From an uncultured delta proteobacterium (GTDB taxonomy: Bacteria; Myxococcota_A; Polyangia; Polyangiales; B10-G4): DNA of 64,000 bases. The DNA lies in NCBI GenBank assembly GCA_963727445.1, contig CAVSGI010000009.1:96001-160000 (forward strand), given 5' to 3'. Position 1 is the stretch's first letter, and every line of letters starts with the position of its first letter. The notes beneath the pieces were generated by a model that was not told the DNA's origin, did not search any database, and saw nothing but the letters and a program-made list of their open reading frames with translations. The translations under genes were made by a program, and so were the position numbers. Positions 9,455 through 18,782 of this stretch are shown piece by piece.

Positions 9455-10504
9455 ATGGTACGTGAGGAATCAGTAGAGCGCGCCGAGCGCGCGTGCCTGG
9501 TGGAGCTGGCACTCTCGTCGCTCCGGCACGACCTCCGCAACAAGCTGGCGGCGGTGCGTCAAGCGTCGTTCTACATTCGGGCAAAGGTCCAGGACACGCC
9601 TGCTTGGACGGCCGACGCGCGCGTCCAGCGCTTCTTCGATTTGATCGAGGACGAGGTCGAGTCCGCGAACACGATCCTGGCAGACGAGTCGGCGCTGTCG
9701 CGGATTCACCCGCGGGTGTTCACGGAGGTCTCGGTCGCGGAGATCGTCGAGCGTGCCATTCGCTGCTCTCGCCACGCTCGCGCTCCGAGCGTCGAGCACG
9801 AGATCGCGCCGGGCGTCTGGTATGGCGATCCCGACGAGCTGACCCTCGCCGTTCGCTGTGTTATCGACAACGCGCTCGAGTTCGCGGGAGACGAAGACGT
9901 CCGGGTGGCCGGCGGGCCCAAAGGCGCGCTCTACGAGATTCGGATCTCCGACAACGGGCCCGGGATCCCGGCCGAGCACCGCGCACACATGCGACGCCCA
10001 TTCGAGTCATCGCGCTTCGATGACATGGGAGTCGGTCTGTCGATCGCACAACGCATCGCTCAGCGATACGAGGGGGCGTTGGACTTCGAAGACGGCGAAG
10101 AGAAATTCGCCGTCGTGATGACGCTGGGGCGGCCCATCGAGCGGAGGCAGATTCTGATGGCGCGGATTCTTCTCATCGACGACGACGACGTGAACCGGTT
10201 GACTCTGGGGGCGCTTCTCGAGGACGACGGTCATCAGGTGGTGGAAGCCGAGGGGGTCGCCCAGGCGTGCGCCCGACTCGCGGACGGGTCGTTCGATGCC
10301 GTGCTCGTCGATCAACATCTCCCCGATGGGCCGGGGACGTCCATCATTCCGCGCATCAGAGAGAGCTCGCCGAAAGCACACGTCCTGATCGTGAGCGGCA
10401 ACGCACCTCGGAACACCGACGGAGTGGACGGTTACGTCCTGAAAGGGGACGGGCCAGAGCGTCTGCTGTCGTTGCTGTCAGGGCTCAAGGGGCAGGGGGA
10501 CTGA
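9455..10504 (+). CDS. Sensor-less hybrid histidine kinase (HisKA-HATPase-REC)
   Basis: LRHDLRNKL, DNA, DNGPGI, GVGLS; C-terminal REC (LLIDDD..VDQHLPDG). Confidence 0.85.
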   Translation: MVREESVERAERACLVELALSSLRHDLRNKLAAVRQASFYIRAKVQDTPAWTADARVQRFFDLIEDEVESANTILADESALSRIHPRVFTEVSVAEIVERAIRCSRHARAPSVEHEIAPGVWYGDPDELTLAVRCVIDNALEFAGDEDVRVAGGPKGALYEIRISDNGPGIPAEHRAHMRRPFESSRFDDMGVGLSIAQRIAQRYEGALDFEDGEEKFAVVMTLGRPIERRQILMARILLIDDDDVNRLTLGALLEDDGHQVVEAEGVAQACARLADGSFDAVLVDQHLPDGPGTSIIPRIRESSPKAHVLIVSGNAPRNTDGVDGYVLKGDGPERLLSLLSGLKGQGD

Positions 10505-11246
10505 CGTGCCGGTCCGTGGAGAGCGGCATCGTCAGCGTGACCGTGGTTCCGGCGCCGACGGTGCTCTCGCAGTGTACCCGTCCCGCATGTCGTCGGACGA
10601 TGGCCGACACTGCCGCGAGGCCGAGGCCGGATTGGCGTGCCTTCGTGGTGAACGCTGGAGTAAAGACGTGAGCGAGATGCTCGAGCGGGATGCCGTCGCC
10701 ATCGTCGGCGATGGTGATGGCGATGTCACCGCCCGCCTCTCGTGCTCGAACGCGGATCGTCCCGGCATTGCCGATGGCCTCCGCCGAGTTTCGGAGCACG
10801 TTGGAGAGCGCGCGAACCACAGCCTCCCAATCCCACGCGGGGATCGGCAGGTCTTTCGACACTCCGAGCTCGACGACGACCTCCGCTCCGATGGCGGCGT
10901 CCGCGATTGCTGCCTCCACCAACCGGTCGACCGGGCACGCGCTTCGGACGAGCTCGCTGTTTCGCGCGAAGGCGAGAAGGTTACCGATCACGCGCGTGGC
11001 AGTGTTCACTTGCTCGCCGATGATCTTCAGATACTCGCCATCTCTCGGGTCCGCTCCCGCGGCCTCGTCACGACTCTGCTCCAGGCAGTAGCGCGCGGTC
11101 TGCACGGCCGACAGCGGGTTCAGCAGCTCGTGGCCGATGGTCGCAGCGAGATTGGCGATCACCTCTCGGTGCGCGCGCTCTTGCTCGGCGAGCTTCGCCC
11201 GAAGCGAAGCAACCTCGGCTTCCAATTCGGAGATTCGCTTCTCCAC
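10485..11246 (-). CDS. Sensor-less histidine kinase with N-terminal coiled coil
   Basis: IGHELLNPL, NVLRNS, DDGDGI, FTTK...GLGL. Confidence 0.87.
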   Translation of the reverse strand: MEKRISELEAEVASLRAKLAEQERAHREVIANLAATIGHELLNPLSAVQTARYCLEQSRDEAAGADPRDGEYLKIIGEQVNTATRVIGNLLAFARNSELVRSACPVDRLVEAAIADAAIGAEVVVELGVSKDLPIPAWDWEAVVRALSNVLRNSAEAIGNAGTIRVRAREAGGDIAITIADDGDGIPLEHLAHVFTPAFTTKARQSGLGLAAVSAIVRRHAGRVHCESTVGAGTTVTLTMPLSTDRHVSPPAP

Positions 11247-11275
11247 TCATCGACGACATTACCAGGAGTACGCGG

Positions 11276-13579
11276 GTGGGCCAACGCCAACACACCGACC
11301 TGACACCGTGCCGGGAGGTGGTGGTCGAGGGGATCGTTCAGGGGGTCGGGTTTCGGCCCTTCGTGCACGCGCTGGCCATCAAGTTGGGACTCCGTGGCTG
11401 GGTCCGAAACGTCGGCGGAAAGGTAGACATCTCCGTCGAGGGGACGCCCGACGCGCTGGACGCGTTCATTCACGCGGTCAGACACGACGCGCCGCCACTC
11501 GCGCGAGTCGACACGGTGGAGGATCGGGAGGTTCCGTCGGCCGGCGCCGAGGGCTTTCGCATCGTCGAGAGCTCCACGGAGTCCACGCCGACGATACGCA
11601 TCGCCCCGGATGCGGCGACCTGTGCACGGTGCCTCGAAGAGCTCTTCGACCCGGACGACCGCCGGTTTCGCTACCCCTTCATCTGCTGTACGTCATGCGG
11701 GCCGCGCCTCACCCTCGCGATCGCCGCTCCTTGGGATCGCGCGCGCACCACGATGCGCTCGTTCGAGATGTGTCCCGACTGCCGGGCGGAGTACGAGGAC
11801 CCCGCCGATCGCCGCTTCCACGCGGAGCCCATCGCTTGTGCTGTGTGCGGTCCGTCGCTCCGCCTGCTCGATTCGGAAGGAGGCGTCATCAGCGACGTGG
11901 ACGTCGTCGGGGAAGCAGCACGGAGGCTGCGGCGGGGAGAGCTCCTCGCGATCAAGGGCCTCGGCGGATATCACCTGGCGTGCGACGCGACCTCCGACGA
12001 TGCGGTCGAACGGCTGCGGCGGCGAAAGCGTCGTGACGAGCGACCGCTGGCGGTGATGGTCCATAGTGTCGACGCGGCTCGGCGTATCGTCGACCTCGGC
12101 AGTGTCGAGGCAGGGCTGCTCGAAGGAGTCCCGAGGCCCATCGTGTTGGTGCGGGGCCGCGCGGAGGGGCTCTCACCTCGCGTGAGCGGTGCGGTCGCCG
12201 ATGTCGGCCTGATGCTGCCGTACACACCGCTGCATCATCTGCTGCTCGAAGCGTTGGCGGGGCTTCCAATCGTGCTCACCAGCGGCAACCGCAGCGAGGA
12301 GCCGATCGCATACGAAGACGATGATGCTCTGGCGCGCCTGGGCGACGTCGCCGACGCATTCCTCGTGCACGATCGGCCGATTCGCACGCGATGCGACGAC
12401 TCGGTGGCGCGCGTCGTCCGCGGGCGTCCGGTGCCGGTCCGCCGCTCCCGTGGATTCGCGCCTGCACCTCTGGTGCTCCGGCGTCCAGCGAAGAGGTCAG
12501 TGCTCGCCCTCGGCGGCCATCTCAAGGCGACGTTCGCCCTGGGGCACGGAAAGGGGGCGATCCTCAGCCACCACTTCGGCGACCTCGACGATCGGCGGGC
12601 GCTGCACGCCTACCGCGACGGGATCCGTCATTACGAAGCGCTCTTCGAACAGCGCCCCGACGTGCTCGTTCACGATCTGAACCCGGATTACGCGTCCTCT
12701 CTCTACGCTTTCGATCGAGCGCGTGACGAAGGCATCGAACGCATGGAGGTCCAGCATCATCGCGCCCACGTGGCCAGCTGCATGGCGGAGCACGGGCTCG
12801 AGGAGGAGGTCATCGGGGTGGCCTTCGACGGAGCTGGCTTGGGGGACGACGACACCATCTGGGGCGGGGAGTTCTTCGTAGGTACGCCGGGTGCCTTGGC
12901 GAGGCGCGCCCATCTGCGCCCGGTCTCTCTTCCCGGAGGAGAGGCCGCGATGCGTGAGCCGTGGCGCATGGCGGTGGCCCATGCCCACGCCGCCGGTCTG
13001 CCCGTCGAAGGGCTCGGCGCACCGCGTCCGGCAGAGCTCGATACGATCGTTCGGATGATCGAACGGTCGGTGGCTTCGCCCCAGACATCGAGCGTCGGGC
13101 GTCTCTTCGATGCCGTGGCTGCGCTGGCGGGTGTGAGGCACTTCAATACCTACGAGGGCCAGGCGGCGATCGAGTTGGAAGCCTTGGCAGTAGCGCACGG
13201 AAGAGACGAGGCCTCTTACCCCTTCGAAATTTCTCAGGAAGCGCCGGATACGCCTGTCGTGATCGACCCCAGGGAGCTGATCGCCGGCGTCATGACCGAT
13301 GTGAACGCGGGAATGGCGGCGTCGCGCGTGGCCCGGCGCTTCCACACCACCATCGCATCCATGATCGTCGAAGTTTGCAGAGTCCTCACCTCGCGACGGC
13401 GCCGACGTCTCCCCGTCTTGCTCACCGGTGGCGTCTTCATGAACGCGCTGTTGACCGATCGGACTGTCGGCGGTCTCGAAGCGGCGGGCTTCGACGTCTA
13501 CTGGCACCAGCGCATCCCACCCAATGACGGTGGTCTGTGCTTGGGACAAATCGCCATCGCCCTGACGAGGTGGCCTTGA
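11276..13579 (+). CDS. hypF: Carbamoyltransferase HypF
   Basis: GIVQGVGFRPFV acylphosphatase domain, zinc fingers, KGLGGYHLACDA, TSGN, RCDDSV, TSSVGRLFDAV, PPNDGGL.LGQ; AGGAG RBS. Confidence 0.97.
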   Translation: MGQRQHTDLTPCREVVVEGIVQGVGFRPFVHALAIKLGLRGWVRNVGGKVDISVEGTPDALDAFIHAVRHDAPPLARVDTVEDREVPSAGAEGFRIVESSTESTPTIRIAPDAATCARCLEELFDPDDRRFRYPFICCTSCGPRLTLAIAAPWDRARTTMRSFEMCPDCRAEYEDPADRRFHAEPIACAVCGPSLRLLDSEGGVISDVDVVGEAARRLRRGELLAIKGLGGYHLACDATSDDAVERLRRRKRRDERPLAVMVHSVDAARRIVDLGSVEAGLLEGVPRPIVLVRGRAEGLSPRVSGAVADVGLMLPYTPLHHLLLEALAGLPIVLTSGNRSEEPIAYEDDDALARLGDVADAFLVHDRPIRTRCDDSVARVVRGRPVPVRRSRGFAPAPLVLRRPAKRSVLALGGHLKATFALGHGKGAILSHHFGDLDDRRALHAYRDGIRHYEALFEQRPDVLVHDLNPDYASSLYAFDRARDEGIERMEVQHHRAHVASCMAEHGLEEEVIGVAFDGAGLGDDDTIWGGEFFVGTPGALARRAHLRPVSLPGGEAAMREPWRMAVAHAHAAGLPVEGLGAPRPAELDTIVRMIERSVASPQTSSVGRLFDAVAALAGVRHFNTYEGQAAIELEALAVAHGRDEASYPFEISQEAPDTPVVIDPRELIAGVMTDVNAGMAASRVARRFHTTIASMIVEVCRVLTSRRRRRLPVLLTGGVFMNALLTDRTVGGLEAAGFDVYWHQRIPPNDGGLCLGQIAIALTRWP

Positions 13580-13623
13580 CCTCCACGCAAGGCGCAGCAC
13601 ATGCTCAGAGAGGAGGTGGTCCA

Positions 13624-13881
13624 GTGTGTCTCGGCATTCCGGGTCGCATCATTCGCACCCACGCCGATGGGGATCTTCAGATGGCATCGGTCGAGTTCGG
13701 CGCGATCCGCCGCGATGTATGTATCGAGTACGTACCCGACGTCGAAGTGGGGGACTACGTCCTCGTTCACGTGGGCTTTGCGCTCTCTCGAATCGATGAG
13801 GCGGAGGCGAAACGTGTGTTCGCGCTTCTCGAGGAGCTGGGCGAGCTCGTCGAGCTCTCCGCGGGCGAGCCAACGCGATGA
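13624..13881 (+). CDS. hypC: Hydrogenase assembly chaperone HypC
   Basis: GTG-CLGIPG start, [27 protein letters not shown]. Confidence 0.96.
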   Translation: MCLGIPGRIIRTHADGDLQMASVEFGAIRRDVCIEYVPDVEVGDYVLVHVGFALSRIDEAEAKRVFALLEELGELVELSAGEPTR

Positions 13882-14516
13882 ATGACCTCCTCGAGAAGCC
13901 GACGCTCATCCTCGTCGATGATCACCCCGTGGTCCGGAGTGGGATCCGCCGCTACCTCAGCCTGGAGTTCGAGGTCGTGGGCGAAACGGAGTCTGCGCAT
14001 GAAGCCTTGCTCCTTTACAAACAGGTGCGGCCGAACCTCGTGGTCCTCGACATCGCGCTGACCGACACGACGGCCTTCGATCTCCTGCCGCAGCTCGTCG
14101 CGCACGATGCACGCGTCATGATCTTCTCCGCGACGGACGGACCGAAAGAGGTCTCGACTTCGATGCGGCTGGGTGCGCTCGGGTTCGTTTCGAAAGTGGC
14201 TGACGCCGAGATCTTGAGCGCGGGCCTGCACGCTCTGATGGATGGTCAGACCTACCTCTGCTCCCGTGCCCTCGACGCGCTCCGGCGCGCGCAGCTCGAG
14301 CCGCCGGACGCGGTCGACCGACTCACCCGGCGTGAACGAGAGGTTCTCACTCTCGTGGCGGAGGGACTCGCCAACAAGGAGATCGCGGCCCGCCTTCACA
14401 TAGGTGTCCGCACGGTTCAGACCCATCGGCACCGGCTCATGAGCAAGCTCGAGGTCCACAACGCTGCGGCACTGACCCGGATCGCCTTCGCCGCTGGGTT
14501 GGTCGAGGCGAGGTGA
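13878..14516 (+). CDS. NarL/LuxR-family response regulator
   Basis: [38 protein letters not shown] overlap with hypC. Confidence 0.93.
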   Translation: MNDLLEKPTLILVDDHPVVRSGIRRYLSLEFEVVGETESAHEALLLYKQVRPNLVVLDIALTDTTAFDLLPQLVAHDARVMIFSATDGPKEVSTSMRLGALGFVSKVADAEILSAGLHALMDGQTYLCSRALDALRRAQLEPPDAVDRLTRREREVLTLVAEGLANKEIAARLHIGVRTVQTHRHRLMSKLEVHNAAALTRIAFAAGLVEAR

Positions 14517-15514
14517 CCGGTTTCGGCGCGTGCGTCCTGTTCGCCGTCCTCGTGTGCGTGTTCGCATGTGCGTGCACGGGAACCGTCGGATCACTCGATG
14601 ACGCGGGATCGAGGCGCGAAGGCGGCGTGCGAGACGCGGGCGTGGGGGATGGAAACACCTCTACCGATGCGCGCGGTGAAGATGCCGACGCCGACGCGCG
14701 TGGCCCAGACGCCGACGCGAGTAGCGTAGACGCGGACGCTGGGGGGCCGCCCGATCCCTGCGGCGCTGCGCTCTTCTGCGAAACCTTCGACGACTACACT
14801 TTGACCACGCTCTCGGACGGACAGACCTTCGGTCCATGGCGGGCGGCCGTGCGGTCGCCGGGCGGCGCGATGGACCTCGACGGGACTCACACCGTCTCGG
14901 GCGACAGCGCGCTCCACATGCGGATCGAGACGGACGCGACCGCGGGCGGGCGGCTCTTCTCGAACGGGTCGTTGCCGCTCCTCGAGGGCAACCCGACGCA
15001 CCTCTACGGGCGGATGATGATGTACATCGATCCGAATGGGAGCAGCGTGCACTGGACGTTCTTCGGCGCGAGCGGTGATGCCGAGCCGAGCTCACCGGTC
15101 ACGGGACGCCGCGCCACGTACCTCATCAGCTCGCTACCCCGCTCCGACGTCAACACCTACAGCTTCGTCGACGGACTGGAGGCGAGCGGCGGCGATCCCT
15201 ATCACGACTGCTGGTTCCAGAGCATGGAGGCGATGCCCGCGAGCCGATGGACCTGCGTGGCATTCGACATGGACAGCGTCGCGCGGCGCCTGAGGCTCAC
15301 CATCGACGGCGCGACCGACCCGGCGGTCGCGGTCGACGATCACGGACAGGGCTGCGTCGGAGACGTGGTGCCCGACGATTCGCCTTGGTACGGCCCGGCG
15401 GTCGATCAGATCTACGTCGGCGCCTGGAGCTTCCACCCGATGACCGCGCCGCTCGAGGTGTGGATCGACGACCTCGTCGTCGACACCTCGCCCGTCACGT
15501 GTCCCCCGCCGTGA
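14513..15514 (+). CDS. Secreted lipoprotein, possible Cip1-like beta-sandwich domain
   Basis: Hydrophobic leader with lipobox-like Cys, DAG-rich linker, LFCETFD...HW..WTCV...VWIDD...C pattern. Confidence 0.55.
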   Translation: MTGFGACVLFAVLVCVFACACTGTVGSLDDAGSRREGGVRDAGVGDGNTSTDARGEDADADARGPDADASSVDADAGGPPDPCGAALFCETFDDYTLTTLSDGQTFGPWRAAVRSPGGAMDLDGTHTVSGDSALHMRIETDATAGGRLFSNGSLPLLEGNPTHLYGRMMMYIDPNGSSVHWTFFGASGDAEPSSPVTGRRATYLISSLPRSDVNTYSFVDGLEASGGDPYHDCWFQSMEAMPASRWTCVAFDMDSVARRLRLTIDGATDPAVAVDDHGQGCVGDVVPDDSPWYGPAVDQIYVGAWSFHPMTAPLEVWIDDLVVDTSPVTCPPP

Positions 15515-16397
15515 TCGCCTTCGCGACCCTGACGCTCCCCCAGAGCAACGACTGATCGCGTGCAGCCATCTCGGCATCACCGGGGTTCTCGGGCTCGCCG
15601 AAGCTTCGCAGCACGACGACGCCCTCGTCGGTGGCCGCGTGCTTCGCGGCTTCGAAGAGCCGCGCGCGGTACTCGCGGCTCGCCCCGTCGAGGACGTTCG
15701 AGAGGCTGATGCCGGAGAAGCTGCCGGCGGGCTGATCCTCCAGATAGGAGGCGACGTCCGAGCAGACGAGCTCGATGCGGCCGGGGGCTGGCTCATCGGC
15801 GGGGAGGGGCGCGCCCAGAAAGAGCGCATGCGCGTAGGGGTTGTCGCGATTGGGGTGCGTGGCGAAGCCCCGGGACAGGCGGGACAGCAGCACGCGCCCG
15901 AAGCGTCGCGGCAGCACGTCGAGCAGATCGCGCGAATAGGCAGCGCGTAGACCCACCAGCGAGAAGAGGGCCCCGACGCCGAAACGAAAGCGGCGCGTCG
16001 CCAGCGCTTCCCATCGCGCCGCCTGCGCCTCGACGTCGTCCATGGCGAGGAACGCCTCGAGCTTGCTACGGGTGATGCCGGTGAGCGGGAGGAAGAAGCG
16101 AAGCGCCGCCATGACGCGCTCGGCCGTACCCAGCTGGCCCGCACCGCCGGCGAGACGGTGGCGTGCGTACGCGAGCTGCACGGGATTGATGTCGACGGCG
16201 ACGACCTCGTCGTGATGCGCGGCGAGCTGGCGCGCTGTGCAACCGGACGACGCGATGCACAGCACGCGCCCGGCCGAGCCGAACGCTTCGAGCTCGATGG
16301 TGGGGTCTTCGTAAGTGCGACCGAAGAGGATCCTCTTCGGGCCGGCGCGGCTGTCGAGTCGGCCGCGGTTCCATACCGTCGTTGCGCTGGTCGTCAT
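15495..16397 (-). CDS. DUF3419 / BtaA-like SAM-dependent transferase
   Basis: FGRTYED...VLCIASSGCTA...VVAVDINPVQL, NPY, SLSNVLD. Confidence 0.75.
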   Translation of the reverse strand: MTTSATTVWNRGRLDSRAGPKRILFGRTYEDPTIELEAFGSAGRVLCIASSGCTARQLAAHHDEVVAVDINPVQLAYARHRLAGGAGQLGTAERVMAALRFFLPLTGITRSKLEAFLAMDDVEAQAARWEALATRRFRFGVGALFSLVGLRAAYSRDLLDVLPRRFGRVLLSRLSRGFATHPNRDNPYAHALFLGAPLPADEPAPGRIELVCSDVASYLEDQPAGSFSGISLSNVLDGASREYRARLFEAAKHAATDEGVVVLRSFGEPENPGDAEMAARDQSLLWGSVRVAKAITAGDT

Positions 16398-16759
16398 CAG
16401 TTCAGATACGCCGCCACCCAGGCGAGCACGAGGAAGGCGAAGTTCTTCACGACCATCCCTCCCGGATCCTGGATGTGCTCGCGGGAGAAGAGAAGCCCGT
16501 TGGCGTTCATGCCGACGAGCAGGATGGTCTGTGTGAGCGCGGCCATCCACGGCATGTAACCGGTGAGCACCCAGACACCGATCGCCGTCTCCACGACGCC
16601 GATCCCGAAGAGCGTCCAGCGCGCCCGCCGAGGACCGAAGAGGGGGTGCGCGGCGACCACCTCTTCCTGATGCGGCATCTTGCGCAGGACCTTGCACCAC
16701 ACGCCCTCGTACAGCCACACGAGGGCGACGGCGACACGGATCAGGAGCGGAGGCACCAT
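16397..16759 (-). CDS. DoxX-like membrane protein
   Basis: AVALVWLYEGVWCKVL, several hydrophobic segments, DPGGMVVKN. Confidence 0.75.
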   Translation of the reverse strand: MVPPLLIRVAVALVWLYEGVWCKVLRKMPHQEEVVAAHPLFGPRRARWTLFGIGVVETAIGVWVLTGYMPWMAALTQTILLVGMNANGLLFSREHIQDPGGMVVKNFAFLVLAWVAAYLN

Positions 16760-16875
16760 GGGGCGAAACGTAGCCAACCTTTGGTGCGGGATCGAGCCCC
16801 GGACGGGTTTCCCTCGGGAGGCTGGACAAACCCTTCGATGGTGTTTAGCTACTCGTCCGATCGGAGAGGCGTCGG

Positions 16876-17400
16876 ATGACCATCGAGCAGGCTCACGCAA
16901 CCAAGGTCGCGACCGACGACTCGTCCGCTGGCGTCCGTTCCGTGGTCACGGAGATGCGGCTTGCGGCTGCGCCGGCGCAGACGTGGACCGGGCTCCTGTA
17001 CTACGAGGAGATCGACGAGCCGCCGCCTCTGCTCTTGCGATGGCTCCTCCCCGTTCCGGTGAAGACGGAGGGATCGCTCGCGGCGGTCGGAGACGAAACC
17101 CTCTGCGTCTACGTCGACGGCCATCTGCGCAAGCGCGTCACCGCGGTCGAAGAGGCGAAGTCGCTTCGCTTCGACGTCATCGAGCAGGCGCTCGACGTGG
17201 GAAAGACGCGACTGGTCGGCGGTAGCTACACGCTCACCCCGTCGGGCGACGGGCGGACGACGCTCTCTCTGGAGACCCGCTACGTGAGCGCGCGACGGCC
17301 CCGCTGGGTGTGGGCCTGGGTGGAAGCGTTCGTCTGCCACGCCTTCCATCGCCATCTCCTGTCGGCCATGCGACGCGCCATCGAGCGCGCGCCTCGATGA
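16876..17400 (+). CDS. SRPBCC/START-fold protein
   Basis: LAAAPAQTW..L, LRFDV, TTL..ETRY, C-terminal FHRHLL helix. Confidence 0.65.
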   Translation: MTIEQAHATKVATDDSSAGVRSVVTEMRLAAAPAQTWTGLLYYEEIDEPPPLLLRWLLPVPVKTEGSLAAVGDETLCVYVDGHLRKRVTAVEEAKSLRFDVIEQALDVGKTRLVGGSYTLTPSGDGRTTLSLETRYVSARRPRWVWAWVEAFVCHAFHRHLLSAMRRAIERAPR

Positions 17401-18764
17401 CGGAGCGCGACGACTCGAAAGACGATGAGGTCGACGCCGTCGTCGACGCGCTCCACGAGATGCTGCGGGACTCGGCCCAGGGCGAGCCCTCCACATCCGC
17501 GCTCGGTCGCACCCTGAAGCTGTCGGGCCTCGCTGCGCGCACGGCGTCAACGCTCGCGGGCGCGCGCCTGAGACGAGCGATGGCAAAGGAGCCAGGCGCC
17601 CTGATGCAGCGCGGGCATCTCCGCGCGGCCGAGCGCCTGGTCACCGGGCTGGGCGAGATGAAGGGGCTGGCCATGAAGGCGGGGCAGATGGCGAGCTACA
17701 TCGACCCGTCGCTTCCCCCGGAGATGCGCCGCGCGCTCGCCCTGCTCCAGACGCAGTCGCAGCGCACGCCGTTTTCACGTATCCGGGAGACCGTCGAGTC
17801 CGAGCTCGACGCGCCTCTCGAACGACACTTCGCGGAGCTCGAGCCGGAGCCGGTCGCCGCGGCGTCGATTGGTCAGGTCCACCGCGGGCGCTTGCACGAC
17901 GGGCGGGTGGTCGCGGTCAAGGTGCAGCACCCCGGGATCGAAGAGACGATCGACGCGGATCTGAAGAGCGCCGCCGTCATGGGGCGCTTGAAGGGGCTCG
18001 TTCTGCCGCGCGTTGGCGTCGAGGGCGTGGTCGAGGAGATGCGCGCCCGCTTCATGGAGGAGTGCGACTACGAGCGCGAGGCGGAAATGCAGCAGCGCTT
18101 CGGTGAGCTCTTCGCCGACCATCCCGACGTCACCGTGCCGCGCGTGTTCGAGGAGCTCTCCTCGCGTCGCGTCTTGACGACGGAGTTTCACGAGGGACGT
18201 ACGTTTCACGAGCTCGTCTCCTCGGAGGCGTCCCAACAGGAGCGCGATCGCATCGGTGAAGCGCTCTACGCCTTCTATCTGGGCACCCTCTACCGGCTCG
18301 GGCTCTTCAACGCCGATCCTCATCCGGGGAACTACCTCTTTCCGGAAGAGGGCGGGATCGTCATTCTCGACTACGGCTGCATCCGTGAGTTCGAGCCCGG
18401 CTTCGTGCAGAAGATCAAGCGACTCTTGCGCGCGGTGGTCGCCGACGAGCCGGAGGAGCTGCACGCGTCGGTGGTGGCGCTGGGAATCGTGAAACCCGGC
18501 GTGCGCTATCACCGGGAGGATGCACGCGAGCTCTTCCGCTACCTCTACGCTCCCCTGTTGCGGACCGGGCGCCACCGAATCACCCAGGAGTACGCCGCGG
18601 AGGCGACGACGCGCTTTCTTCGCAGCAAGAACCTCTTCAAGCTGACCATGCCGGGCGAGATGCTCTTCTTGAACCGCGTGAACTTCGGGCTCATGTCGAT
18701 CTTCGCGGAGCTGGGCGCAGAGATCGACTGGCGCTCGCTGGGGCTCGCTTCCGCGGCGGAATGA
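17397..18764 (+). CDS. ABC1/AarF (UbiB-family) atypical kinase
   Basis: MKAGQ, AAASIGQVH, VAVKVQHPG, EECDY, ADPHPGN, LDYG. Confidence 0.93.
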   Translation: MTERDDSKDDEVDAVVDALHEMLRDSAQGEPSTSALGRTLKLSGLAARTASTLAGARLRRAMAKEPGALMQRGHLRAAERLVTGLGEMKGLAMKAGQMASYIDPSLPPEMRRALALLQTQSQRTPFSRIRETVESELDAPLERHFAELEPEPVAAASIGQVHRGRLHDGRVVAVKVQHPGIEETIDADLKSAAVMGRLKGLVLPRVGVEGVVEEMRARFMEECDYEREAEMQQRFGELFADHPDVTVPRVFEELSSRRVLTTEFHEGRTFHELVSSEASQQERDRIGEALYAFYLGTLYRLGLFNADPHPGNYLFPEEGGIVILDYGCIREFEPGFVQKIKRLLRAVVADEPEELHASVVALGIVKPGVRYHREDARELFRYLYAPLLRTGRHRITQEYAAEATTRFLRSKNLFKLTMPGEMLFLNRVNFGLMSIFAELGAEIDWRSLGLASAAE

Positions 18765-18782
18765 TCGCGTCCGTTCCGCAGG

